Assembly (NCBI GenBank): GCA_043228905.1
Contig: JBHGNT010000005.1
Location: 5,394,001 to 5,458,000 of the forward strand
Length of the DNA stretch: 64,000 nt
Source of the DNA: Azolla caroliniana
Lineage: Eukaryota; Plantae; Polypodiophyta
Direction: 5' to 3'
Numbering within the stretch: position 1 is the stretch's first letter; the number at the start of each line of letters is the position of its first letter. Both the position numbers and the translations under genes were made by a program. Below the pieces are notes generated by a model. That model was not told where the DNA came from. It worked only from the letters and a program-made list of their open reading frames with translations, and did not search any database. Below, piece after piece: positions 1-13,200 of this stretch.

Positions 1-769
1 GAAGAAGAAGAAGAAAATGGAAACATTGTTTCTTTCAATACCACTTTGAAAAATGGAAATATAACCTTACCTTTATTCGAAGAAGTGGTAACCAATGGCC
101 TTCACAACCTTTCAACGCACAATTATCAATTACAACCTCTTAGCCCTAGACTCCTGGAAGCCCAAACACTTTGAGAAACATCCAATGTTCTCTTCCCTTC
201 CATTGAGTACCCATCAACAATAGGAATAAAGGGTACTCACCCAAAGATAAGTAGATTATAAAATTTCCTCAATGGTTGGAATATTTCCACATGGAAAAAA
301 ATAAATGAAAAATATGATAGTTTTAATAGGTTCTATATTTTGGGTTTATGAGTTACAAAGACAAAAACAAAATGGTATACAAAGAAATAGGCTAAAGCCT
401 AAGCCCTAAACTTATTGTGATACACAAGGCGTCAAACTATGTACTTCAAATGTGCTTTATGAGGCACCAATTATTAATAACTAGATGATTTTTCTTTTCA
501 TGAGAACATGTTTACTTAATTCACACAATTTGTTCAAGAGTATGTACAACTTGGATTTTCTCATGTCTATGAGTTTGTTGAGGGTAACACACATAGATGA
601 CAGAGAACAACCAATTCCAATGTGGATAGAACATTCAAAGGTGTGTTTTGTTGTAATCTATAGAACTTGATTTCAACAAATTGTCCCCATTTTTAACTAT
701 ACTTGATTCTTACGATAGCTAGGAAGCCGTAGGGTTTGGCTTCACTTAAAGTAAACCATTGCCAATTAC

Positions 770-1950
770 TAAAAAAAGTTCCCCCCCCACCCCCTCTTGA
801 TTTCATTTTCTCTCTCTTCTTGATTCCATTGCCCAAACCAAAAACCCATCATTGATGGAACACTAGCACATGGTAGTGAGTGGATTGTTGCAAGTACCAT
901 GGCACCACTAGTTGCACCGACATTAGAAAAAAGAAAAGAAAATGAATGCCGTAAATAAATTCAAATTTGGGAACTTTAGAGATTTTCTACTAGGTTCATT
1001 GACCCAGACAAATTGAAAAATCATGTTGTTTGACAATAATTTTGGGCCTATTCAAATAGTTACTTCCAATGGACCAGTAGTGCTCCTCAATGATTTTGAA
1101 AAGTAATTCTTTGTTGTTTTCTTCCATCTCTAGATAGTTTCCCTACTTAATGATTCTAGACATGATTTTAAAGTATCTCATAAATGCCTAAGAGATGCTT
1201 GTGGGAAATCTTAACTCTTAAGTTTACCATAACCACTCCAAATAGAGTATTATATTTGTGCCATGCGCAAAGACCAAGTTTTCCAACATGTTATGGTAAA
1301 TTTGGTTGGCATGTGTTGGGTAATTTTTATGCATCCATTCGTGAGCATGCATGGAGATCATAGTTAACATACAAACAAGAATATTGAAGCCAAGGAAAAG
1401 GTGCATTCCGCACATTTCGAGATACATTATTGACAAAATTTCTCCCATTAGATAAAAAATTTGCTTAGAGAACTAGGAAAGGCACATTCCAATATGATTG
1501 ACCCATTGGTAGCTCAATAAAATTTTCAAAGATGTTAGCGCTACAAATTAGGTAGTATAAGGCAATATGCATATTGCATCAACATGGTTATTCACTTTCT
1601 CCTTTTAAAAACATAAGTTGAGTGCATCCTTTTTACATCTTGGTGCAATGCTACCTCATGTGCTTTCTAAAAGGAGAGGCTTTGGTCCCATAACTATATC
1701 ATGACTATTCTCAATTAGGGTAAATCTACAAAAGACCTGTAAAAGTATGCTCAATAACCTCTTCAAGCATACAACTAGATATTAAGAAGGTTTACATTGA
1801 TGCCCCCATTAAAGATGTACATTTAGTGTCACAAAGGTTAGAAGTGCCTGCCATCGTGAACAACCTCCAATAAAACTTACTACAAACAATCTAAAGCAAC
1901 TCTAGCAGGAATGGACACTCCATGTTGTATTGTTGCCTGATATTGGAGTT
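770..1950 (-). mobile_element. Highly degenerate LTR-retrotransposon (Gypsy-like) internal remnant
   Basis: Polypurine-tract-like GGGGTGGGGGGGGAAC on - strand (about 778-793); broken integrase-like reading frames upstream on - strand; no intact ORF, boundaries approximate. Confidence 0.3.
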
Positions 1951-2099
1951 TCCCTTTATTATCTAGCTTATAGCTTATTTTAATGTTATTTTGCATTCTG
2001 TTATTTAATATTGTAAATTCGTTATGCTCATCATTCACATTTAGCTTTAAGTTTTACTGGCCTTTTGCCATTTTCACTCTATATGACATGGAAAGTTAT

Positions 2100-5000
2100 G
2101 AATTTGGTTTTGTTGACCTACTCAGACTTGTTTTCATCCAGTTTGGTAGAAAACAAATAAGTCAATCTCTCAAAACTCTTTAATCCCAGTAAAAATAAAT
2201 TTAGCTTTATAAAGATTAATTTCAATATGTTTTCAAGCATGAATTCAATAGATCAGTTATCAGTTCTGAAGTCTCAACAAATTCGATAAATGTTTCTTGC
2301 TTCAAGAATCAGTTAAGATTTCTTCTATTACAAAGTGCTTACAAATGCATACAATTTTCATTCCATCAGAAGGCAACAAGATGTAGATGGTTGTTCATCT
2401 TCCACATTCATCAAGGTTTAGTTATTGTAACTTTATAGTTAATTTTAAATTACATGCTAAAACAAGACAAACTGATTACTCAGCTGCATTTGCCCTTTCA
2501 CACTCATCTATCCAATCACTGTACCTGTTGACCAAAAATGAAAAACCTCAGAAAGTTTGATGAAGAAATTAAGTCCTTTCTCATTCAAGGATTCCATATG
2601 AAAACTTTTTTATCAGACAGACATTACTACTTGGTGTGGACATTGAAGAAGTTGGCAGTATCAATAAGGAATGAAGTGAATGTTTAATTTAAAGACTTTG
2701 TTTTGGGATTGCATCTCTTAAAGGGGCTGTATATTTTGATGGAAAAAGGCATGAAATTGATGTATTATGGAAATAAAGTAAATTACTAAAATACTTTTAC
2801 ATATTATATGTGTCATAGTACAGCTTCTGTAACCTCGTTGTATTACTTTCTTGTTGTCAATTATCGCACTAATAAAAAAACGTGCAAGGATTTGGAAAAT
2901 CAGAGACAGTGTAATATCTTCAATTTGCATGGCCTTAAGAAATTTTAATGATTTCAAGGGTAAGATTAGTAGGAAACCAGTTATCCTAGGACTTGCCCAT
3001 ACCCATAAGGGTTTGTTATGCATGGTGATCTGGAAACCTAAGGAATCACGCTATATAAAGAGGACTAGCTACCCCCTTCATTACAGCATATCTCACAGAT
3101 GCTGCGAAGACTATTGGTGAGGTAGTGGTTCCATTATTCCAGGATGGATACAGAGTTTAGGGTTTAGGTGGATGCATATGAATGAACAATGTTTGAAGTT
3201 AGAATATAAATTGATTTTGTATGCATGTATACAATATGGAATTCTACAATATGAGAGAGGGGGGGGGGGGGGGAGAGAGAGAGAGAGAGAGAGAGACTTA
3301 CACATCAATTGGTTCACTTAAAGCTGCAAGCATAGAAAATTTTGATTTAGTCCCAATCCTTAGAAAGAACAATATAATGTAGTTATAGTCAAAATAGAAG
3401 ATGCTCACTATCAATCTGAGTTGTGTAATGCTCTTGGCATATCCTGCAGCTCACCTCCCCAATTGCATTTTTCCTGTCCCTATTGAATCAGCCAAAAAGT
3501 AGGTTCAAGCATACATACCTTTAAAGGCTTTCCAAAATAAGCTTACATATATAAAGGAGATACAATGTGCAAGGTAACAAAAATATATGCAGTAGTATTG
3601 CTTTCCAGGCAAAGTGTAGTAGGAAGCTGTGCTGTCAAGAAGCAGCAACTGTCTCTCTGATTGTGGTCAAGAAAGAGAGTGGTGACAAGTTAATGTAAGA
3701 GATGAGTTAACTATTTGGGTTAGCAACCTAATGTATTAACTTCAGCATTCAGTAGACCCTTTTAAAACTTGTCCCCCTCCACTGCCAATGCAGAAACAAC
3801 CATAGCTACTTTCAAAGAACTCTTTGACATCCATGTTGACAAGTGAGGAATTTCTTCAGACATGTCATTTTTGCCAGCTTATATCTCAAGAGATAGCCAT
3901 TCACATATTGATAAGAAATGTATAGATTCCCAAGGGGCCGGTTCATCATCTGTATTCAATCCTCCCCAGATTGACCGAATCACATCAGTGAATGGAAGGT
4001 CGAATCTCCATTAGATCTCACCTGAATTTCCTGAAGAACCATGCTCAAGAAGCATGATACCAACTATTAACCACTTTTATCATCCCATTTGAACCACTGT
4101 CCATACTACTACTAATTGCTATTGTCCCATTCAGACGAGTGGAATCTACATACAGGGTACAGCAAGTAGACATAACTGTAGAATTTAATGGCAGTGAACT
4201 AGATATTACTAGCTTCAGCAATCGTGCTGCGGTAAAGAAATATGCTCAAGACATGTCTGATTGAGTGATATATTTTGGAATCTGATCATGGTACTCTGAA
4301 ATCAGATGGTGTTTTTAGAAGCAGTCCTAGGGAAACCACCAAGTTGTATCGATATATACTCACTTAGTAGCACACGAGCATATAGCTCCACTGAATCATC
4401 TCTATGTTGTAGTTATACTTGTAATTTGCATCTTCCATTGTATCTCTGTACATCATGCTATTCGCTGTAGCTAATATTGTGTCAACGTTATAGAGGTTCA
4501 ACAGTAGTTTGATGAAAAGAGTTTGCACGTGGAGCTTGATCAAGCAGCACAAATGGCATCAATAAGTCATCATGGATATGACAGTGGGCAAGCTTGAAAG
4601 AACGAACTACTTTGTGAAAGTTCACGATGATCATCATTTTGGATTCCTACTAGCTATTAGAGACCATGCAAAATAACAATGTGGAGGTAGTGGGACTCCA
4701 GATCCAAAGAAATTGATGGAGTGGTTACCCTCCACCGCATAAAAAGTGCAAGCTTTGACAAGGCAGCACATGGATATCATGTATGCAACTATTACACCCA
4801 AAATGAATTTTGATATAGATTTTTGATGAATCAAACATCAAATACAGCATATGCCTGGAGATTTCCAGCAGTATCAATATGAGATGCGAAATGCGGCCAT
4901 ATTCCAAAACCTAGAGAATTATTTAGTGTAGTGCAGATAGTGGAAGGGAAGATGTTGAAAGTACTTTACGAAGCAACTTTGAACAAGATGGCTAGTGTTG

Positions 5001-6880
5001 GGCTGGCAAAGTCTAGCAAAGAGTTGACATGGGGATGCATCGCACATTACCCTCGAGTTTAATGGCATGGTCACATTTTTTACCACTCAACAAACTTTTC
5101 TGTGAGACGTTTTCTACATTACCAGGTCATGTGACTCAGAACTACAAAGTCAAAAGTGAAGAGTTTAATGCTTCTGGCTCAGGGTCACCCAAGGGGGCTT
5201 TGCACATCCATTCAGTGTCAGGACTGCAGATCTCAATGATGAGTGCTTAAGCTTTGATATACCAGGAGACACATTGATCCTGCATAACAAAGAAAACATA
5301 CACATGACAAGTGGAAGAAACTAGTTGTGGAACTTGAGGAATGTTGAATGTGTGTCCGTCGCAGTGGAAACAACCAGAAATATTCAGCTGACAGAAGTGA
5401 ATAAATTTATGTGAAGACTTGAGTGGGTGGAACTCAATGTCTATAGTTCATGTCCAAGTTGCTGAATGCTGGCTATGAGGAAGTCTTCTGCAAGTCAAGA
5501 GCAGAATCCACAAACATTGGACAGGTAGTTGGGTTCATAAAGAGAAACTAAATGCAAAAGAAAACATGTTGCTTGAAAGAACCTCAGTCTCCAGCGATAT
5601 AACCACAGTCCAATTGAGGAGATTATGTTATGAGGAACATCATATTCTTCGTTACATTACAAAAGAAAGCAAGATTGAATTTATGTACTATAATGTGAAT
5701 CAGAAAAATAATATCTTACAATCAAACCCATAGAAACACAATCCAAAAACGCTTGTCAAGAGAGACAAATGAGCAATATTTCACAAATCTTGTTCATAAT
5801 GTAAAAGTGAAGACTCCAAACAGCCAAAGCAAGAAATAATACTTCTAGAAAGCATCTTGACCTATCAAATTTTGAGACAATAAACTAAACCTTAAGCTAA
5901 CACAGGATAAACTAATACGTGAAAGAAATGCCACTTGCTAAAATGCCAAACAATAATTTGTTTTCTTTGAATGGAAGACATATAAGATTGATAAGGTACA
6001 GCAGAAGTGTTAACAAAACCATAGAAGATGAAAAAGAAACAGAAGCAACGCAATTCAAAGAACAGAAGAAAATAAAAATTTAAAAGATGTGGTATATGTA
6101 CGACAAAGGAAGATTGACAATATAAACAGAAAGAAATGGTAAGAAATATCTCATATATAAATGACGAGGAAGATTTTTTTTATGGAAATAAATGTTAGGA
6201 GAGATCTTACAGATTGGAATAAACAATATAGCTAGAATATTAGCAGACTGAGCATTAAAAAAAAAACCTAGCATTGGTAAGAGAAATAGCTTAAGTATTG
6301 AAAGAAATGGTGTAACGAAAACATAGGACGACTGAAAAGAGAGAAACGATAAGAAATAAAGACCTTGCTATCTAAATCGCGTGATAATTGAGCAGGGAAG
6401 GAATGGTAACAAAGGAAGATCGGCAACATAGTCTCGAAGGAAGGAAAACAGAAAAGAAGACGATCGATCTCAAGAATTCAGGGAAAAAAAAAAAAAAAAA
6501 AAACTTATATCCAGACCAAATGAATAGGAGGAAACGGTAGTAAGAAAGAATCGTTAGAGAAATGAAGGAAGAAAGGAGTGGGGGGGGGGGGGGGGGGGGG
6601 GGGGGGAGAGAGAGAGAGAGAGAGCTTACATTCGGCATTCAACGCTGCTCTCATGGTTGCAGAAGGGGCAGCTGAAGACAGTGGAGAGCTTCTCCATCTT
6701 CTTCTTGGGAGCAGGTTTGGCAGAAGACTTGCGTTTCCCCATGGCTGGATCTGTCGGAGAAGGAAGGAACGAAACGATCAGAGACTGTGGAGCAGAAAAA
6801 GAAGAAGAAAGAAGAAGAAGAATCTCGTAGACGCGACTTCGGGGAGGCGAAGAAGAAGAAGAAGAAGACAGAAAAGAAAA
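2100..6880 (-). pseudogene. Putative spliced transcription unit without an intact long ORF (pseudogene or lncRNA)
   Basis: TATA-like TATTTATA near 6895-6902 on -, (TTC)n-rich leader, ATG at 6654 (MRAALNAE) followed by GTAAG donor at 6629, acceptor near 5281, exon-like 3.5-5.3 kb block with stops in all frames. Confidence 0.35.
6581..6624. repeat. Poly-G tract (about 26 nt) followed by (GA)n microsatellite
   Basis: Directly visible; a similar G-run plus (GA)n occurs at 3253-3296. Confidence 0.9.
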
Positions 6881-7049
6881 GTGGGCACCAAATATAAATA
6901 ATGAGAGAGGGGAGGAGGTTTTCGTTATTTCCCAAATATGCCCTTTGCGTTTTCCTGCGTTTTGCGTTTCATGGGGTTTCTGGTATTTTTCACAAACGCC
7001 CTCCCCCTAACCCCGCATCGTTTATGGGGTGTGTAGTGTAAGCGTAGTA

Positions 7050-7160
7050 TGGTGTACATATGTAATGCATGTACCTATGTATACATACATGTGTGTATGT
7101 ATGTATGTATGTATGTATTGCATGCGTGTATCATTTCCATGTATATATGTATGTATGTAA
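7050..7160. repeat. (TATG)n/(TA)n microsatellite flanking the left TIR
   Basis: Directly visible; matching (TG)n/(TATG)n array at 16545-16625 on the other side of the element. Confidence 0.85.
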
Positions 7161-9771
7161 TTGACGTGTCTAAATGCTACCAAATATTAAAGAGGGCAAA
7201 CGAGGGAATCACGGGACACAGACAATGTAGACCAGCGCGTAAGCGAGGGCGTGTGTGATCTGCACCATCCGATGTGGATAAATAATAAAAACGCGCGCTC
7301 AAAAGTTCACTGGAATGGGAGCCCGAGAAGCTCGAGTTAGTGTAGGCAAGAGCCCGAGGAGCCCTTCTCATTACTTTTGTCGACTATTTAAACCTGCAAA
7401 TGCATCTAATCCACAAAACCTATCACAAAGAGGTATGTATTTTAATGGTTTTTACTTTTTTGGGGGGGGGTTAGGGTTTAGAAACTATGAAACATTTTTT
7501 GTTTTATGATTTAGGGTTAAAATATGTATTATTATGGATTGCATGCATTCGATGTTGTGTGAATATGGTTGGTTCAGAGATGGAATCAATATTGTCCAAA
7601 ATGCAAACGACCGAGGAAGCTATTCAATGTCTCAAGCAAGTGTTAGAAGGCAACTATTTTGGAATGTATAGAAACGTTGGAAGATCTAATTGAGAAAGTG
7701 TAAAATCAACCAATGAAGAAGATGGCAAACCAATAAGTCACAACCAACAAATCGGTGCCAAAAGAGGAGTGACAATAGACATCTCACAAGAACTTATTGG
7801 CAGCTCCCTGAACACTTCCAAATCCCACACTAGAAAACTACAAAGAGGTGCAAAAGTCGGGCTAGGAGGCGCTTGCCAACGGTGACCATGAGAAGGTTTG
7901 ATGTTTGCGTTGCGATGACTTAATGTTGATTTCAAGGGACTTGAATGTTACATGTTGAAAAAATTGTGGTTGCATTTTGCCATCATCCCCACATGACCCA
8001 TAATCTTATTGCTCGTATTGTATTCAGCTTTCATTTTAGGTTTTCTGGCTTTAGATTTTGGACATTGTCAACATTTGAAGTTTTAAACTTTTGTGTAAGT
8101 GTTATTTGAAATGTTAAGTTGATTTGGAATTAGATTTAGATTTAGACTTAGAATTTTTATCGTCCATAAAGAGGCTAATTTTGACCAATGGGACCAAAGC
8201 ATACATGTGTTCTTGATATGTGTCTCCTTCCCAATAAGGGGTATTCATACATTGAAGCAAAAGTCTCTATGTGTGAATAAAGCATACACGTATAAGCTCA
8301 ACCTTCTAGATGGTGTCTTAGTATGGCCCTTAAGTTATCACTCCCTCTTAGTATGTTAGCATATATTGACCGAATTGCACTATATGTCTTTAATCATACT
8401 AAGTGACATTCATCCTCTACCATGCCTTCATTGCATACTTTACGTCTTCAAATTCGTTACATTTTGATACCATGATGCAACTTCAATACCTAACTTGTGA
8501 GATCGAGTACGAAGTAGTGTAAGGGCTCTACGAGCATTACTACTCATATTGGTAATGAGATAAGGTTAGATATGATTAATAGGCATTCTTGCTTTATATT
8601 GAGACCAAAATTCAGGATTGACATTTGCAATGTAGTATTATAGCTTTTTCCTCTTAACATTGTCCCACTTCATCCTTAATGATTCCACCAACCTTTCCTC
8701 AATCATTACATAATGCATACCATCGCCCAAAAGCTCTAAGAGATCATCCACACCCCATCTTCTAAACCATTTCCTTATGTCAACAACCCAACCGAATGAG
8801 AGAATCTTACTTTTATGATTCTTTTGTAGCTTACATCCAACATTCCAAGCAAGATGCGGTAATCAACGATTCAACATATTCTTGACTTTTGTAATGTATT
8901 TATATACTATTTGGAGTGCCAATATTTCTATGGGTCGAACACCTATTTCCAAGAGCATAACTTGGTAAGAGGTAATGCATTTAACTCCTAATTGCCTCCT
9001 TAAAAACATCTTCTGAATTTTCTCAATCTCATTCCATGCATTAAGAGAGATGGTGTCACCCCATACTTCTACTCCATAAAGCAATACTTGAGTTACCATA
9101 ACATTGAGCAACACTAGTTTTACTTCCCATCCACAAGTATCACTTTGGTTGCATTGGTTCTCCAAAAGGTAATACAATTTCCAAAAGGCTTAGAGCCTTG
9201 AATCAAAGCATGCACTCCATTTATTTGTGGCGAGTACATCAATACCAAGATATTTAAAGCTTCGAACAAATTGTATATGTTCACCTCTATATGTGAACAT
9301 AGGGTAATGATGAGGTTGGATGGTTTGCACTACCATCATTCTTGTTTTCTCCACATTCACTGGTAGTCCACTACTATGTCAAAATTCTTCTAATACCCCA
9401 AATAAATGTTGCATACCATCAACAACATATGAGAAGAGTACCACATCATTTGCATATAGAAGCAATAAGATAACATTCGGGGGCATTCTATCCTTCTTCT
9501 CTTGCAACCTTAATTCACCACTTCTAATTTATCAATACATAAGCCAAAGAGTGTGACATTGTCCATTTTAAAAACTCACTTGAGACGTAGGTTGCATGTG
9601 TTGCTTTCCACTCACCATATTCTTTATTCCCTTATTGACATCATCAATATCGATACATGTAGTGCATGGTGTTTCAATTTTCTCAACCATAAGAGCCACA
9701 CCATAATGCATATATAGCCTTTGTACATAGTTTAATATCTCTTCATTTGTAAAGTGACCTATCACATCTTT

Positions 9772-10218
9772 TGTCAGGAATAGTACTAAAGCAAAGATGG
9801 AATTAGTACTAATAAGAGCAATACTATTAGTACTAAGAGGACGAGACTGCGTAAGATTCCCGAGAGAGGAAGTGAGAAGAGGAGAGAGAGAGAGATAGCG
9901 AGGATGAGAGAGAGAGAAAGATGATGACAGCAACTAATATATTATATGAAAAGATAAGTACAAAGCGGCTGAGAGGCTTAAGACTGGCGTTGAACCAATT
10001 TGGTTCAACATAATGCCTAGTGCCTTCTTTTATAGTGTTGTCAGGAGTAATCCTGAAACTTCTAGAATGTTCTAGAGAAATCTGGAATATACATTACTTT
10101 CTTATAATAAAAGATAAATGAAAATAATATCCTATGAATTACAATAGATGGTGTGATGGTTAAGAGCTCGAGCCATATACCATAAGGTCATGGGTTCGAG
10201 TCTTGCCATATCATGACA
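9772..10218 (-). repeat. 3' LTR (447 bp)
   Basis: Direct repeat of 15026-15472; 7 substitutions counted by eye, no indels. Confidence 0.97.
10149..10213 (+). other. tRNA-derived (SINE-head-like) Pol III box A/box B module in LTR; second copy at 15403-15467
   Basis: Box A-like TGGTGTGATGG, D-loop GGTTA, variable loop AGGTC, box B GGTTCGAGTC; U8-to-T54 distance is the canonical 46 nt; stems no longer pair. Confidence 0.7.
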
Positions 10219-10230
10219 CTATCTCCCCCT
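10219..10230 (-). other. Polypurine tract (PPT)
   Basis: AGGGGGAGATAG on - strand immediately before the 3' LTR. Confidence 0.9.
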
Positions 10231-13200
10231 TAAAGACGACGAGTAGAACGAGTCGGCGCTGATTGCGGACCGAGTTTGTCTGGATACTTTCGGTGGAAAT
10301 CAGTAAGATCCTGAGCATTGGCAACATGCTCGACGGGTTCCCAAGTGCGTTCACTCAGACTATAACCAACCCAATCGACCAAATAATAAAGTTTGCTGCG
10401 AATAAGTTTGGAATCGAGGATGGCAGCAACTTCATACTCCGGGCCGGCGTCCAACTCCAGCGGGGGCGGCGGTGGTGTAACACGATCGGGAATGGTGTTT
10501 GCTTTATAAGGTTCAAGAAGAGAACAATGGAAAACCGGATGTATCTGAAGTTGCGGAGGGAGATCAAGGCGGAATGTGACATCATTAACTTTACCCGTAA
10601 TAAGGAAAGGACCGAGTCGTCGATAATCTAACTTGTCGCACGGTCGAGTAGTCTTGATGTGACGACGTAAGAGCCATACTCGATCTCCGATGGCAAAAGA
10701 GGAGGGAAGCCGATGACGATCCGCGTAAGTCTTCTGTGTCTGTTGAGCATGACGAAGATGAGTCGAGAGATCTGTCTGGATCTTGCGTGGTCTCTCCAAA
10801 TGATCCCCGGCACGAGGATTGGTAGGTAGCTCCGGGGTGTCGATCACCGACCAATGAGGATGAGAACTGGTATAAGCGTAGAATGGGGAGACTCGAGTCG
10901 AGGAGTGAACAACATTATTATACGCAAACTCCGCAAAGTGGAGAATCTCGGCCCAATCGTCCTGTTGATAACTCAGGAAACACCGGAGATATTGCTCTAG
11001 CATTTGGTTTGTTCTTTCTGCCTGCCCATCGGTCTGAGGATGGTAGCCGGAGGAGAGGTTGCAAGAGACCTTGAGCATCTTGAAGAGATGCTGCCAAAAT
11101 TTGGAGACAAATTGCGGTCCTCGATCACTGATGATACTGTATGGGAGGCCATGATGCCGAAATACCTCACGCATGACTAGGGCGGCGGTTTCCTCGGTAG
11201 TGATGGCCTTAGTACACGGAACAAAATGTGCCATCTTCGTATATCGATCGACGACGGTTAAGATAACATCGAACCCCTGCGAGACCGGCAGATCTGTGAT
11301 AAAATCAAGACAAATAGACTGCCACGGCTTACTTGGAATCGGTAAGGGTTCCAACAAGCCATATGGATGGTGTCGTGGCATCTTTGCTCGGCAGCAAGCA
11401 TCACAGGTCCGAAAGTAGTCATCGACAAAACGGCGCATGTGGGGCCACCAAAAAGATCGTTGCACTAGCTCCAACGTCTTAGTACTACCGAAATGTCCTG
11501 CCGTATGGGTGTCGTGACAATGCTGGACGATTTGAAGGTGACAGGAGCAATCGGGGACATATACGCGCTTTTTAAAGAATAACAAACCATCATGATATTC
11601 GAATTGTCGGTAGTCAATACCTGGTTGTTGAGACTGAGAACAGGATGCCCGAGAAGTATCAATGTGCACCAGGATGTTTTGAGCAAAACTATCCGTCTTC
11701 AAGTTTGCACGTATGTCATCGATAATCCGTGAATCCATCGGGGTGTGAAAAATCCGCGTCGTGTGCAATCGTGTTGGTCCCAAGATTACTTGCTTTTGAT
11801 TATCAAATGTTGGATCACCAGGACGAGGTGCAAGATATGAACGTCGTGATAGTGCATCTGCTTTTCCTTGCTGCTTCCCCGGTCAATATGTGATTTTGAA
11901 GTCGAAACGCGTGAGGAATTGCGCCCACCGAGCTTGCCGTTGATTTAGTATACGAGCATTCTGGAAATAAGCAAGATTTTTATGATCACTAAAGACAACG
12001 ACCTGATGTGGAGAGCCCTCTAAGAAATGCCGCCATTGCACAAATGAATCCACGATGGCTAATAACTCCTTGTCATGTATTTCGTAGTTGATTTCCGCAA
12101 CATCGAATTTGCGCGAATGGAAAGCCACCGGATCCAACTCTTCTTTATCTCCTTGTTGAGAAAGGATGCTACCGAGGGCGAAATCTGAAGCATCGGCCTC
12201 CATGATGAATGGTTTGCTAGTATCCACATGAGCTAGAATCGGTGCTGATGTAAAGGCTTTCTTAAGATGCCGAAAAGCCATATCTACTTCAATGGACTAA
12301 AGAAATGCTTGGCCCTTCTTCGTAAGTTGTGTGAGGGGTAAGATAATCTTCGAGTAATCTTCTATAAACTTACGGTAGAAGTTAGCAAAACCTAGAAAAC
12401 ATTGTACATCTTGTACCGACCGTGGAATTTGCCACTCTAGTACAGTTTGGACTTTAGCTGGATCCATGACGATGCCCTTTGAGGAGATGACGTAGCCTAG
12501 AAATTCCACTTGCTTGCAGTCAAAGCTACATTTTTCTAGCTTGGCATAAAGACCATTCTCGCGGAGTCGCTTTAGTACTAATAGTACATGAGAATCGTGC
12601 TCTTCCTGGGTCTTCGAATAAATCAATAGATCATCAAGATAGATGATCAAACAAATATCCAAGAGGTCTTTGAATATATCATTTGCCATGTGTTGGAAGA
12701 CTGCGGGTGCATTGGTTAGGCCGAACGGCATAACAGTATACTCGAAATGCCCATATCGCGTGCAAAAGGCGGTCTTCCATTCATCTCCCGGTCGGATCCG
12801 CACGAGGTTATACGCTCCTCGTAGATCGATTTTGGTAAAAAACTTGGCACCATTAACTCGCTCTAAAAGACTTGATATAAGAGGAAGTGCATACCTATTC
12901 CGGATGGTGACCTTATTCAATCCGCGGTAATCAACGACGAGACGAAGTGAGCCATCTTTCTTCTTGACAAAGAAGATGGGTGCACCGGCCGGAGATTTTG
13001 AATGACGGATGAACCCGCTTGCCAAGTTCTCCTCTATGTAGGCTCGAAGGACTTCTAACTCGGTGGGTGACAAGTTGTAAATTGGTCCCCATGGTGGCTC
13101 GGTTCCTGGTTGTAAATCGATGGGACAGTCATAGGGACGGTGATGAGGAAGGGTACCGGATTTTACCTTGTCAAATACATCGACATAAGGATGATATTTT

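Noticed and set aside
6372-6935. ORFs with poly-P/G/R/F (6372-6638, 6578-6901, 6651-6935)
   Set aside because: Translations of G-run, (GA)n and (GAA)n repeats in a leader or intron
7487-8100. Transposase gene of the TIR element
   Set aside because: Only short broken frames; no DDE or zinc-finger motif I can support
10149-10213. Functional tRNA gene
   Set aside because: Acceptor, D and anticodon stems do not pair; only loop and promoter motifs remain, so it is reported as a tRNA-derived module
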